Shown in pieces: positions 13,714 through 25,440 of a stretch of DNA of 64,000 nt (positions are counted from its first letter, which is position 1; each line of letters opens with the position of its first letter). Below the pieces are notes generated by a model that did not search any database, was not told where the DNA came from, and saw nothing but the letters and a program-made list of their open reading frames with translations. The position numbers and the translations under genes are program-made. The stretch is from Batkoa obscura. Lineage: Eukaryota. Location of the stretch: contig JASVEC010000025.1 of the NCBI GenBank assembly GCA_030770535.1, positions 434,001-498,000 of the forward strand, written 5' to 3'.

Positions 13714-13807
13714 GGGAACGCATTTTATTGTTTAAAAATTTACTGATAATTTTTTCACCCAAATAACGCTTAAGAAATGGAAAAAGTGATGAAACCAAAA
13801 GAAATCC
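13714..13807 (+). mobile_element. MITE copy 3 (degenerate)
   Basis: Diverged match to consensus; ATAT on both sides. Confidence 0.75.
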
Positions 13808-13912
13808 ATATTATAAAAAAGTTCAAAAAATAAAAAAGTAGAAAGTAAACACGCTAGCTAAAAGAGCGGTCTTTAAAAATATATATTTTTATTAATCTAC
13901 TACGATATGTAA

Positions 13913-13994
13913 GACACTTTGGCCGAGCGGTTAAGGCGTGAGCCTAGAAAGCTCATGGGGTTTCCCCGCGCAGGTTCAAATCCTGCAGGTGTCG
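13913..13994 (+). tRNA. tRNA-Ser(AGA)
   Basis: Acceptor GACACTT/AGGTGTC; anticodon arm TGAGC-CTAGAAA-GCTCA; long variable arm; GGTTCAAATCC; T-run downstream. Confidence 0.95.
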
Positions 13995-14047
13995 TACTTT
14001 TGATTTTTGTGTACACAAAATCAGAGCTATTAGGTATTCTTATATAT

Positions 14048-14147
14048 GGGGATGTTTTTTTTGGTTTCATTATTTTTTTTCATTTTTTAAGCGCTATTTG
14101 AGTGGAAAGATTGTTAGTAAAATTCTTAAACAGAAAAATACATCCCC
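14048..14147 (-). mobile_element. MITE copy 4
   Basis: Full length; ATAT TSD. Confidence 0.92.
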
Positions 14148-14405
14148 ATATAAGGATACCTAATACTCCCAGTTTTTTTTCAACTGGATTATCGGTTTAG
14201 CCAGACTTTTCATAATTTGGGTCGGTTTCTTTTTTCCAGGCTTATTTTTTCAATCCTTTTTCTTATCTTTCTTTTTATCTTTTATTTATTTATTTTATCA
14301 GAAGCGGATTTATCAGTAACATACTCACCACCTGTGCCCTCTTTGGCATTTTTTTATGCTCATCTTTTATTTTCCTAAAAATGACATCTTCTGGATTTTT
14401 ATATT

Positions 14406-15527
14406 GGGGATGTCCGAACTGGTTTCATTTTTTTATCCAATTTAAATATTCTATATTGTAAGTTAACAGAATTTCTATTAAGTTTAATACAAGTTCCTGG
14501 ATTAACAAGGCTTTTACTAATATAACTTATATATTGATATTAATTAAAGCTATAATATGTAAATAAATGCTTGTTTTTATAAAACTTTATTAAAAAATAC
14601 TCATTATTGGCCGTTTTATAACTAATATTGTAGATTTACTATTAAATAAATAAATTGTTTCAATGTTATAATTACATTATTGATATATAACTAAGTTAAT
14701 AAATGGCTGCATGGGAGGGAGTGGTTAGTCTTAAAACTATAACCAACTATCTTTATGTAATTCAAGTGTTATAATAATAGGTAAAAGCTATTATTACAAT
14801 TACTTGCTTTTTAGCTATTTATTAACTTAGTTATTAATAATTTAAGTAATATCAACATTTAATAATTGATTTCTATCATTTAGTAAGCTACTTACTTACT
14901 GAATATTGAAACTTTTAAATTTTCTGTTATTTTGTGAGATAAACTAGGGCTAATTTTTTAATTTTTTATAGACCCTGTACCTTTAATTAGAATTATATCG
15001 CTTTTTTTAATTTATCAGATACCGGGTAACAGCGTAGTTTATTATTATGTTTAATAAAATATAAATACTTTTTAATGCTTTATATTATTTTTATTTTTTT
15101 AATACTTTTTAAAAGCTATATTTATTCTATTATTACTAACAACTAAATTCTGAAATTATTACGTTTATAAATAAAAATCTTAAATTCTGAAATTAATTAA
15201 TATCTTCTATTTTACCTAATGCTTCAAAATTATTTTTCTATTATAAAAATTTCCAAAATGTCTATCAACTGTATTTTTTCTATGATGCTCAGTAAAAAAA
15301 TTAAGATCAATATTTAAATTATTATTTGTTTTATAATTTTCTTTAAGTATATAATATAAAAACTTTTGAGATTTAAATAGTTTCTTATATCTGCCCATAT
15401 GGGGATGTATTTTTGTGTTTAAGAATTTTACTATCAATTTTTCCACTTAAATAGCGCTTAAAAGATGGAAAAAGTGATGAAGCCAAAAAAAACACCCCCA
15501 TATATTAACTTTTATAAACTTTTAAAC
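14406..15527 (-). mobile_element. Truncated second copy of the TIR transposon at 43059..45856 (one TIR plus 3' part of the transposase)
   Basis: Starts GGGGATGTCCGAACTGGTTTCA; colinear with about 43059..44165; encodes LNFFTEHHRKNTVDRHFG. Confidence 0.9.
15401..15499 (+). mobile_element. MITE copy 5, nested in the truncated transposon
   Basis: ATAT duplicated relative to the empty site at about 44127..44145. Confidence 0.95.
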
Positions 15528-15542
15528 AAAAAATACATCCCC
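15521..15542 (-). mobile_element. MITE end fragment (copy 6) capping the truncated transposon
   Basis: TTTAAACAAAAAATACATCCCC matches the end of minus-orientation copies. Confidence 0.6.
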
Positions 15543-16069
15543 CTATGCTCTTGTTTTTTTGGTTAATGAATGCAAAGACGCAATTTTAATCAATTGAAAG
15601 ACCATAGTTTTAAATGTTTTTATAAATAATATTACAAGACCAATATTATATTCTTTATAGCTTTTAAAAAACAGTGTTTAGAGCTATGATAACTAATTTT
15701 GCTTAGTACAACCTTTTATTCTTTGAAACAGATATAAAGATAGTTAAAGTAATATCTAAATAGATTTTATAATTAGTTTTTTTATTATAATATGTAAATG
15801 CATTCAATCAGTTTATTAGAATAAAATTGCAAATATCGAAAACGCAAAACTTATATTAAAAAAACTTATTAATATTTTAAATTCATAAAATCTTAGTAAT
15901 GATCTTTTTATTAAAGCTTTTATACAAATAGCTAAAAAAATTAAATTGTTGTAATATACAACTCCTAATAAAAATCAATAATAAAACATAATTTATTATA
16001 TAAAAATGTTTTGAATAAAGTAATCAAAATAGTTAAAAAGACGGTAATATTATAACTTAATTGTTGATT

Positions 16070-17681
16070 TTATCTAGCCCATAATCTCTTTTGATCTCTT
16101 ATCATACTCATATTCCTTATATGGTTAGCATGTAATTTACTTGGTAGCCTAACATCATCATCTTCAATTTCATGGGAATGACTAAAAATTTCAGTATTAT
16201 AATAACTATTGTCAGGATCTAATGGATTGATGGGTTTAATAACAACAGGCTTAATAATAGTTCTTAGTGACTTCCTTTTATTTAATTTGCGTTTGTATAA
16301 AATAATTACTATAATTACTATAATTAGTACAGTTACTATGAACCTAATTGCCCCTCTTATAGTTCCTCTAATTAATAATCCGTAGCTACTGTTATCTTCA
16401 ACCTCTTTAGAATTAAGTTTGTTGCCTATATTACCATTGATCAATGGGGGTATGCCATTCATCTTTTCCCAAATCTCCTCAAATTTGACATTTGAACTTT
16501 ATTTATACTTTGGGGTATAAATGAATCAGTATCGATATCAGTAGAATTGCTAGCGAGTGATAAATTCGAATTTATTTTATAAATGTTTTCATATCTAAAT
16601 AAATTTATTAGATACTTATCATAAATAGCGAAGCATCCCATATGACTGAGTTTAGTAGAATGATTTAATGGTATAAATTGAAATATTTGTAATTGAATTT
16701 TATAAAAATTAACTTGATTATCAAAATCATTTACAATACTATAAATAGATTCCTTTCCTTTTATAATATTTATACTCTTATTGTCTTTATATTTGATATC
16801 ATATTTGTATATCATATTGCTATTTAAATCCAATTCATATAAAATATTTCTTGCACCAGTCTTATCAAGTATCCCAATAGGTCCAGATTCAAAATAATAT
16901 AATTTGTTGTTTTTAACAAATAATAATTTTTGGTAATAATCCTCATTCGATTTATATATGGGGATGTATTTTTATGTTTAAGAATTTTACTAACAATCTT
17001 TGCTGAAATAGCGCTTAAAAGATGGAAAAAAGAATGAAGCCAAAAAAAACACCCCCATATCGTCTTTAACTCTTTAGTTTCAATATTAAATGATTTAATC
17101 TCTATTAGTAAAAATCCGGTATTTTTTATAGTATTATCATTATTGAGGGTTAATTGATAATAATGAGCATCTAAATAATCAGATATAAATAACTTATTTA
17201 AATTAACTTCATCTTTTAAAACATAACAATAATATATAACTTCGAAGAAATTCAACTTCGATAGATTAGTTTTATTCTTTAATCGATGAAGCCCGTTAAT
17301 AAAAGATTCGCTATGCCATTCCTTTTTTTCAGTATCAAGGTGATTAAATGAAAGCATTGTTTACTAGCATTATCATGGAAGCTTATTAATGTTTTGTTTC
17401 CAATATTAAATACATACGACATGATAGTTTGATTAGGTGTATTATTTACTTTAACTTCTTCACATTCTGCTATACTCCCACTTAATTTGAATACATTTCT
17501 TAAATTTAACTTGAATAACAATTTATTAGTCTCTCTTCTACCTAAGTTTGAGATTTCAATAAACCCATATATTATAATACAATTCATCATCTATTACAAT
17601 ACATCCACCATCGATTAGCCTTGGTGTTTTTGCGTTAATTTTATTAAATAATAAATTGATAAGTATTAAAAATAATGACAT
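16070..17681 (-). pseudogene. Decayed secreted/single-pass membrane gene, probably of the Kelch-type family
   Basis: ATG at 17681 gives signal-peptide-like MSLFLILINLLF..GGCIVIDDELYY; several frameshifts; MITE insertion; C-terminal TM followed by KRK. Confidence 0.6.
16960..17056 (+). mobile_element. MITE copy 7, inserted in the pseudogene
   Basis: Full length; ATAT TSD. Confidence 0.93.
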
Positions 17682-18355
17682 TGTAAAAACAAATTAAATG
17701 TATATTTGGTTTGGCATATATTTCGCATGGCCTTTAATCAGTAAAAAACTCATTCCTATATATAAGATGTTCTTAACTGATTACTATTTATGATAAATTT
17801 GGTAAGTTTATTGAAGTTTGATTCCATGTTGAATTATTTTCATTTGTACTAAATTGTTAATGGTTTTGGCATTGTCATCTTATCTAAATTATAAAAGTAT
17901 TTGTTAAAAAAAGTATTTTGGAATTAGAAAACTATACTTCAATATTATTAGAAATTAAAATAATACCTATAAAAAAAGTAAAATCAGTGGGAATCTACTA
18001 ACTTTTAATTTTTAATAGAAATACTATAATTTTAAGTAGTTAATAAGTTTAAAATTAAGGCTGATTTGAAATATTATGTAATACTACTTTCAAATCCTTG
18101 ATAAAAAAATTATGGTATAAGTCAATAGTTCTAAATTGATAAATTCCGCGAATAAGCTATAATACAAAAAACATAATTTTTTGCTGTTTGAGATATCATC
18201 GATCTAATTATAGTGAGATTTTCCATTCGTAAAACTTTCAGTAGTTACGCTTTAGTGATATACTTTATTTATGCACATATTTTCAACATATAAAAATCAT
18301 TTTTTAGATATATAATTTACATTTGGTAATAATGTTGATAGCGGAAATAAGAAAT

Positions 18356-18454
18356 GGGGATGTATTTTTGTGTTTAAGAATTTTACTAACAATTTTTCCA
18401 CTCAAATAGCGCTTAAAACATGGAAAAAGTGACGAAGGTAAAAAAAACACCCCC
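18356..18454 (+). mobile_element. MITE copy 8
   Basis: Full length; AAAT TSD on both sides. Confidence 0.95.
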
Positions 18455-19485
18455 AAATCATGGTAGCTTTTGAGGTAATAAAACTTGATGGATAAGGTTC
18501 AAAAGGATTTATTATTTAAGATTATCATCCATAGATGTTTACCCATTGTCTTGTATTAGGTTTTTAATCATTTATAATTTATGAATATTTGTGAAACCAA
18601 AGTTTTATTTTAATATCCTTGTATTATTCATTTATAACATATGATTTGGAATAATGACAAGCTTCTACTTTATCTTGCTAGCGATTATAAAAATTAATTT
18701 AATACAATTATTATTCATAATATCAGAATATAACTTTTCAATTATTTTTATCAATTATCTTTAGGTAATAGACAATCTACCATTATTGAAGGTGGATTAC
18801 TTAAGTAAAAATAACGATTCTAATAAAAAAGCAATGATAATCAGCTTTTGCTATACATTCTTTGTTAATCCTTTGAGCATTTTATATTTTTGTAATAACT
18901 TGTAATGTTTTTATTTAACATTATTTCTTATTATGCAATAAATTTTATTTATAATTATATTGTATAAAATAATATATACATTTAATACCATTTGAGTTAT
19001 TTCAATAAACAAAAACATCAAGACATTCAAATGATTTAACTGAGGAGTATATTAGATATTTTTACTTATAATCATATATACAGCTTGTTCTAATCTTAAT
19101 CTATTTTAACTTTAAACTATTCAACTTTAGACTAGAACTTGAAGAGTTCTGTCGCTTTATTAGAAGTATAATTTATTTTGATAAAACAAAAACTAACTAT
19201 ATTGATTCAACTGTTATTCAGTGTATTATCTTATAGCATAATATAATGGAGTAAATAGTTTTAACAAATAGCATAAATATACAAAGCTTAAAATAAATAT
19301 TACAAAAAGAACACGTGTATAAATATAAAATCAATATTTAGATTAAATCTTAAAAATGTAACTTTATAAATAGGTATAAAGTAAGTGAACATTTCAATAA
19401 TAAAATAAAACAAAAACACATTGAATTTTCAAAAAAAATTACTATTTGTACTATACTTTAAATTTGTAAATAAAAAACAAATAAC

Positions 19486-19915
19486 ATGAATATGAGCAAC
19501 CTTATTATTTTAGCTTTATTAGTTGCAGAGGATATTGTCAGTTCCAATGTAAATGATTTTACAAATGTCTTTAGACTCACACCAGATATTACCAAATGTT
19601 TGTTGTTAAATAATGAAAGTCATGGTTGGGTCATAGATTCAGATCCCAAGTGCTTACCATGTTGGATATTGACTAGTGATCATTATAGTTGCTTTGAGTA
19701 TGACTTTAAAGATAAGTATGATAGCTGGAAAGGCATGTTTGATCGTACGAAACTAAAAGGTCTAAAAGTATAGTACAAGGTGGCAAGTCATCTACTGACT
19801 GCTTTGACCAAGCTAATATGAGTCAAAAATGTCTTCCTTGTTAGATAAAAATGGTGCAAAATAGGATCGTTATTTAAAATCTGATGGTAAATATTCATAG
19901 GGGTGTAAAGATTGA
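19486..19915 (+). pseudogene. Small secreted Cys-containing gene, probably truncated (ORF 19486..19773 plus decayed continuation)
   Basis: Signal-peptide-like start; KCLPCWI in the ORF recurs as KCLPC*I at about 19827..19847, past the stop. Confidence 0.45.
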
Positions 19916-20005
19916 AGTCTAAATTATGTTACATTGATTTGAAATAAATAAATCGAATTTTGATAACTTGATTAAATATTTGTTTTAACATTTAGATTAT
20001 TATAT

Positions 20006-20093
20006 AAAGATGCATTTTTTGTTTAAGAATTTTACTAATCTTTGCACTCAAATAGCGCTTAAAAATAGAAAAATGAAGCCAAAAAGACACCCC
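20006..20093 (+). mobile_element. MITE copy 9 (left TIR eroded)
   Basis: Core match; shares deletions with copy 10. Confidence 0.85.
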
Positions 20094-20580
20094 ATACCTT
20101 GGTTTATAATTTCATAATAATAATTCAAATCTAATCATATAAATAGAGTTTATATAGAAATATTGGAGAATAAATAGTTTTAAGAGGTAAAAAGGCAACA
20201 CTGCCAATACTTTCAAGCCCTAAAATTGCTTGATTCATAGCTAACCATCCTATGTATTATACTACTAGCACAATTCGTTTTAGTTTGACATGAAAAAAAG
20301 TATAGTTTTAAAATGTTAATAATATGAATTTGTTAGCTGAAACATGAAATGTTATATGTTTGATTTGTTCTTAATGGATTTTTAGTAAAAGATAATACTT
20401 TCCAAATGAGATAATTAATCTAAAGCGAATTTAAAGAAACTATATGATTGTAAAGCAATTTTATTTATTTCATGGTTAACTTCCAAATTGACTTATAAAC
20501 TTGAAAATTATTATTGTTATAATTAAACGAATTTGTATTTTAAATTTGCAACTTTACAAAATAAACGGAATCATATATAT

Positions 20581-20671
20581 GGGGGTGTTTTTTTTGGTTT
20601 CAATTTTCTATTTTTAAGCGCTATTTGAGTGGAAAGATTAGTAAAATTCTTAAACAAAAATATACATCCCC
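20581..20671 (-). mobile_element. MITE copy 10
   Basis: Intact TIRs; ATAT TSD. Confidence 0.92.
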
Positions 20672-20958
20672 ATATAATAGTTATCTTACTAATTATATAT
20701 CTCTGTTTATTTTACAAGATTACAAACTCAAATAAACAAATTACATTTAAATTATAAGAGTAGTACTATTGAAATCATAAATGGATGTGCTTGGAAGAAA
20801 ATAAAATGGTGGAACAATTAATCAATAGCCCTGGTAAATAGAAATGATAGGCTGGAATAAGAATAAATTATATACTTTGTAGGAACAAGTTTACTATTAA
20901 TAATACCTTAAAATTTATATAAAATTTACTTTTTATCTTTTAACTAATTATTTTTAAA

Positions 20959-23733
20959 ATGGCTGAGCTCAAGTATGTTGGTGAAATTAATTATAGTCAG
21001 ATTATTGTAGAAAAGGAGTTAGGGGCTGGTGCTTTCGGATCCGTACATTTAGTGAAGTATCGCGGTATGACATGTGCTATGAAACAATTAAAGCTTACTC
21101 ATTGCGATAACAGTAAAAAGAAAAAATTGGTATCTTCTTTAAAGTTAGAAGCTGAAGCTTTGTCAAAACTAGGTCAATGCCCTTATATTGTTCAGTTTAT
21201 TGGTACATGTATAGGTAGCGGCAACACTATGTGTATGTTAATGGAATACATAAATGGTAAAGATTTGGCTAAATTTATTGAAAAAGATCGTGATATTTTT
21301 AATTGGGACTTGAGGCAACGTATAACTATTGAAATTGCATTAGGAATGAATTTTATTCATTCTAAGGGTATTATACATCGTGATATTAAATCAGACAATA
21401 TTTTGATTGATTGTTCTGGAGAAATGTATCGAGCTAAAATTGCAGATTTTGGTATATGTCGTGTAGAAAAGGAGGACTTTGAAGCAGAAAAAACAATGAC
21501 TTTTATGGGGGCTGGTTCTCCTTACTGGATGGCACCAGAATTATTTAACAAAATTGGAGTTGAACCAACTAAAAAAACAGATATGTATGCTTTAGGTGTA
21601 GTGATGTGGGAAATTTGCGCTTTAAAAAGACCTTTTCAAAACATGGACCATCATCAAATAGGAATAAACAAATTAAATGGAACAATTGAAGAAGTTCCCA
21701 GCTCTACACCCCAAAATTATAAGGAGCTAATGATGCGTTGCCAACACCCCGATCCAATCATTCGTCCATTTGCAGATGAAGTTGCTTATCTTATTAAAAG
21801 TTGGACTACAGCATATGACACGCATATCCAGGATGTAGACGCATTGGATTTAGGAACTATCTTTGGTACCAAATTTTACGAAACCAGTTTAGCTTCAACA
21901 GTGATGATAAGTAAATACGATCCAATTGATGAAGGGAAATTTGAGAGTTTATTAAATGAATATGAGACTTATAAAAAAGAAAGCAGTAGACAACAAGTAG
22001 TTAGTATGCTTAAAATGAGAATTGAAAGTGATGGTTTAGGCAAATTTTACATGGTTATTGGCACAATTTATTATGAGGGTGCAAGACTATCTAGAAATTA
22101 CAACAAAAGTTTATTTTATTACAAAAAATCGGCAGAATTAAAAAACTTGGAAGGTATTACACGTTTAGGTATCATGTATAAGCATGGCTATGGAATTAAG
22201 CAACCTGACCTCGATCGTGCCTTTGAACTGTTTACCATGGCTGCTAAAAATGGTTCTGCAGCTGCTCAATGTTCTTTAGGAGAATGTTATTCTTTAGGAT
22301 TAGGAACATCCCAGGATATATCAAAAGCAATTTATTATTTTAAACAATCTGCTGCCCAAGAGTTCCCTCAAGCATTATATATGCTAGGTCATTACTATTA
22401 CAATGGGGAAGTAGTTGAAACAAATTATAGTGAAGCTTTTAGGCTATATAAAAAAGCTGGTGATAAAGGTCACGGTGATGCTCAATTTTCATTAGGGATC
22501 ATGTACAAGCATGGTATTGGGTTAGATACTAACGATGAAGAAGCTTTACGTTGGTTTCGAAAAGCAGCAATTCAAGGTCATTCAAGAGCACAAAATAATG
22601 CAGGATCCTGCTATTATTTTGGTATTGGAAGTGCCAAAGATTTATTAGAAGCAGCAGGGTGGTATCGTAAATCAGCAATGCAAGGAAATCCTTCCGCGCA
22701 ATACAATTTAGCAGAATGCTATTCTAATGGCCATGGTGTAGAACAAAATCCTAAAGAAGCTTTCATATGGTTAAATAAATCAGCAGAACAGGGTCATCCT
22801 GGAGCCCAGTTACAATTAGGGATGTGTTATTTTACTGGAGTAGCAATAGATAAAGATTATGATAAAGCAATTAAATATTTCAAATTAGCAGCTGACCAAA
22901 ATAATCCAGTGGCGCAGTCTTCTTTAGCTCAATGTTATTTAAGAGGCCAAGGAACTAATATCAATAATGAATTGGGATTTAACTATTCCAAATTAGCTTC
23001 TGAAGCTGGACAGGTGGAGGGTATGCATCAATTAGCTTGTTGTTATTTTAATGGTGTTGGTACGATGAAAGATTTTGATAAAGCCTTCTATTGGTTTAAA
23101 CAAGCTCACGATAAAGGCCATAAACTATCCGGCATGGCTTTAGCTACTTGTTATAAAGACGGATTAGGGACTGCCCCTTCTGATGAATTGAGTTTTAAAT
23201 GTTATCTGGAGCTATCCGAATCTGGTGATTCTGATGCCCAATCTAACGTAGGTTCTTGTTATCTTCTAGGGAAAGGAGTAGCCATGGATTTAGAGAAAGC
23301 AATTTACTATTTTAACCTAGCAGTCGAAAAAAATAACCCAAGTGCCTTAGTAAATTTAGCTCAATGCTACCAGAATGGTAATGGCGTGGAAAAGGATGAA
23401 GCTAAAGTAGTAGAGTTATATACTAAAGCAGCGGATCAAGGTTCACTTATTTCAATGTTTAATTTAGCAGTGTGCTATGAAAGGGGTGATGGGTTATTTT
23501 ATAAAGATATGCAAGGGGCAATGAGATATTATGAAATGGCAGCAAACAAGGGCTTTTCACCAGCTCAAGAAAGATTAACACAGTTGAAACTAATCATGGA
23601 AAAAGTTCGAGGTAAAAATTCAAATTTATCCAAATCTCAAATGGAATCGACCCTTGGATCTACTCTTATGAATTCTCAATTTCCTAACTCAGTCAATAAG
23701 GAAGAAACCAAAAAGTCTTGTACCATCATGTAA
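20959..23733 (+). CDS. TKL-like protein kinase with Sel1-like repeats and C-terminal CaaX, 924 aa, intronless
   Basis: GAGAFG, AMK, HRDIKSDN, DFG, WMAPE; many A(Q)xxLGxxYxxGxG Sel1 repeats; ends KKSCTIM. Confidence 0.93.
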   Translation: MAELKYVGEINYSQIIVEKELGAGAFGSVHLVKYRGMTCAMKQLKLTHCDNSKKKKLVSSLKLEAEALSKLGQCPYIVQFIGTCIGSGNTMCMLMEYINGKDLAKFIEKDRDIFNWDLRQRITIEIALGMNFIHSKGIIHRDIKSDNILIDCSGEMYRAKIADFGICRVEKEDFEAEKTMTFMGAGSPYWMAPELFNKIGVEPTKKTDMYALGVVMWEICALKRPFQNMDHHQIGINKLNGTIEEVPSSTPQNYKELMMRCQHPDPIIRPFADEVAYLIKSWTTAYDTHIQDVDALDLGTIFGTKFYETSLASTVMISKYDPIDEGKFESLLNEYETYKKESSRQQVVSMLKMRIESDGLGKFYMVIGTIYYEGARLSRNYNKSLFYYKKSAELKNLEGITRLGIMYKHGYGIKQPDLDRAFELFTMAAKNGSAAAQCSLGECYSLGLGTSQDISKAIYYFKQSAAQEFPQALYMLGHYYYNGEVVETNYSEAFRLYKKAGDKGHGDAQFSLGIMYKHGIGLDTNDEEALRWFRKAAIQGHSRAQNNAGSCYYFGIGSAKDLLEAAGWYRKSAMQGNPSAQYNLAECYSNGHGVEQNPKEAFIWLNKSAEQGHPGAQLQLGMCYFTGVAIDKDYDKAIKYFKLAADQNNPVAQSSLAQCYLRGQGTNINNELGFNYSKLASEAGQVEGMHQLACCYFNGVGTMKDFDKAFYWFKQAHDKGHKLSGMALATCYKDGLGTAPSDELSFKCYLELSESGDSDAQSNVGSCYLLGKGVAMDLEKAIYYFNLAVEKNNPSALVNLAQCYQNGNGVEKDEAKVVELYTKAADQGSLISMFNLAVCYERGDGLFYKDMQGAMRYYEMAANKGFSPAQERLTQLKLIMEKVRGKNSNLSKSQMESTLGSTLMNSQFPNSVNKEETKKSCTIM

Positions 23734-24339
23734 GAGTTAGATGTTTTGATTATTGCATTTTAACTCCGTTTAGTTTTCTTATTTTGTTTAATTAATTTAT
23801 GAATAAATTTAAATTTTGTAGTTATTTTGTTTTTAAACATACTTTGTATAAGCTAATCTTCAACAAATTTGTTATGTTTTCACTGATAATATTTTTCAGA
23901 ATTTCAAATATACTTGCTGTACATAGAATCATATACATTTCCACTTGTTGTATATTAAACTATCACTGATCAAATCTTTTTTTCTTTTATCATAAAAGAA
24001 GTCATCAAACCACAAAAGCAATAATCAGTTGATTTAACGCAGTTTAAAAGCAGAGTTATAAACTATATTGTTTTTTTGAGATGCTAGACTTATTGACAAT
24101 ATTTTAAAATTTTACTCAAAAATAAAATAATTTAAAATGCAATTTAATGAAATTAAAAGAACATGGAATCAGATAGCTAAACTAAATTTGATTGGCTAGC
24201 ATTTGTTGCGATTTCGACAAATCTTATTTTGATTGGTGTTTATTTACTCAATAAGAATCAATTTAACCCATAAGTTAGAAGTGATTCAAAGGTTAGCTCG
24301 AAAAATTAGTAAAACATAAAGCTTTTTCATTCAAAGTTC

Positions 24340-24811
24340 ATGATGTATACCATAAAATCCATTCGTGCCATTTCTAGAGTTGTAAATAGATAATTTAGTA
24401 TAATGGTTAAATAATACTGAACTTTATTTAGCAAGTACGTCATTTCACTAGTCCAACTAAAGTTGCTCAAGCTGGTAATAAAATCATTTGAATTTAAAGT
24501 ATTTGAAGCTAACTTTATTAGATCTTATTAAAGACTTGTTCGTAAAAGAACTCAAAGGTTTCAAACCATTAGCTACTGTAATTAACTTATTTCCATATAA
24601 AAGTTAAAAGTTAACAAAAGTTGTAGGGTACCACCTCAGACATTGCTCCAGCTAAAGAATTTAAACTTCCAGCTGCTCCACAAGTAAATAACAAAAGCTC
24701 ATTTTAAAAAACAGTACCCTAATTTAGTTTAAATAATAGGCCCCTAAATTCGATGAAGATATCGCTGCTGATTTAGCCACTTATGACGCTGAAGAAGTTG
24801 TTAAGGCTTAA
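24340..24811 (+). CDS. ATP14: Mitochondrial ATP synthase subunit h, 89 aa; exons 24340-24381, 24432-24474, 24522-24577, 24627-24683, 24740-24811
   Basis: Four GT-AG introns give MMYTIKSIRAISRVQVRHF..DLIKDLFVKELKGFKP..KEFKLPAAPQAP..DIAADLATYDAEEV; basic presequence and the subunit-h DLxxDLYxxELKxYKP pattern. Confidence 0.85.
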
Positions 24812-25368
24812 TTATTAAAATCTTTTAATTAAACTTTAGGTTATATTTTTCCATTGATATTTTTGTTATTTGTTATTCGATATCAATATGTATTTATTGA
24901 AATTATCCATCTAATCAATAGATATAATTTTAATTGTTGGATAAGAATGAATTTATATTATATTAGTCAATGTAAGGTTAAACAATCATTTTGTAATTAA
25001 CATAACGACTGTTTATAAATGATAGTATTGAACTTTTAGTTAAATTAATTGAGCATTTAGTGGTATTATATTTAATTCTTGTCTGAGGATTAAGAAAAAA
25101 ATATACGAAATGACCTGGTACCACTAAAATCAAATGTAGTGCGAACAACTTTTGATATGGTTATTGTTCGCCTTTAAGATAGTATCTATATCCGAAGTAA
25201 TCCTTTCGAAATTATAAGTGCTTAATTTACCCACCAAATAAATCTCTACACTCTTTTAAAAAATGTTAAGTTTATAACCAATTCTTCAGTTAAAATTAAT
25301 ATTTGATTTGAGATAATAAGTGAATTCTATAGATTATATTGTTTCTTGTTTATTAACAGTAATAGCAA

Positions 25369-25440
25369 TTCTTCATGGTCCAGTGGTTAGGATTTTCCGC
25401 TTTCACCGGAACGGCCGGGGTTCGATTCCCCGTGAGGAAG
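25369..25440 (+). tRNA. tRNA-Glu(TTC)
   Basis: Acceptor TTCTTCA/TGAGGAA; anticodon arm TTCCG-CTTTCAC-CGGAA; GGTTCGATTCC. Confidence 0.95.

Noticed and set aside
13919..14101. Short ORFs 13919..14101, 15216..15446 and 63484..63672
   Set aside because: Translations of tRNA, MITE or microsatellite sequence
18391..18430. Internal dyad TTTCCA-N7-AGCGCT-N7-TGGAAA in the MITE as an ncRNA or SINE signal
   Set aside because: Explained by the subterminal TCCA motifs of the two fused transposon ends; no A/B boxes or poly-A tail seen
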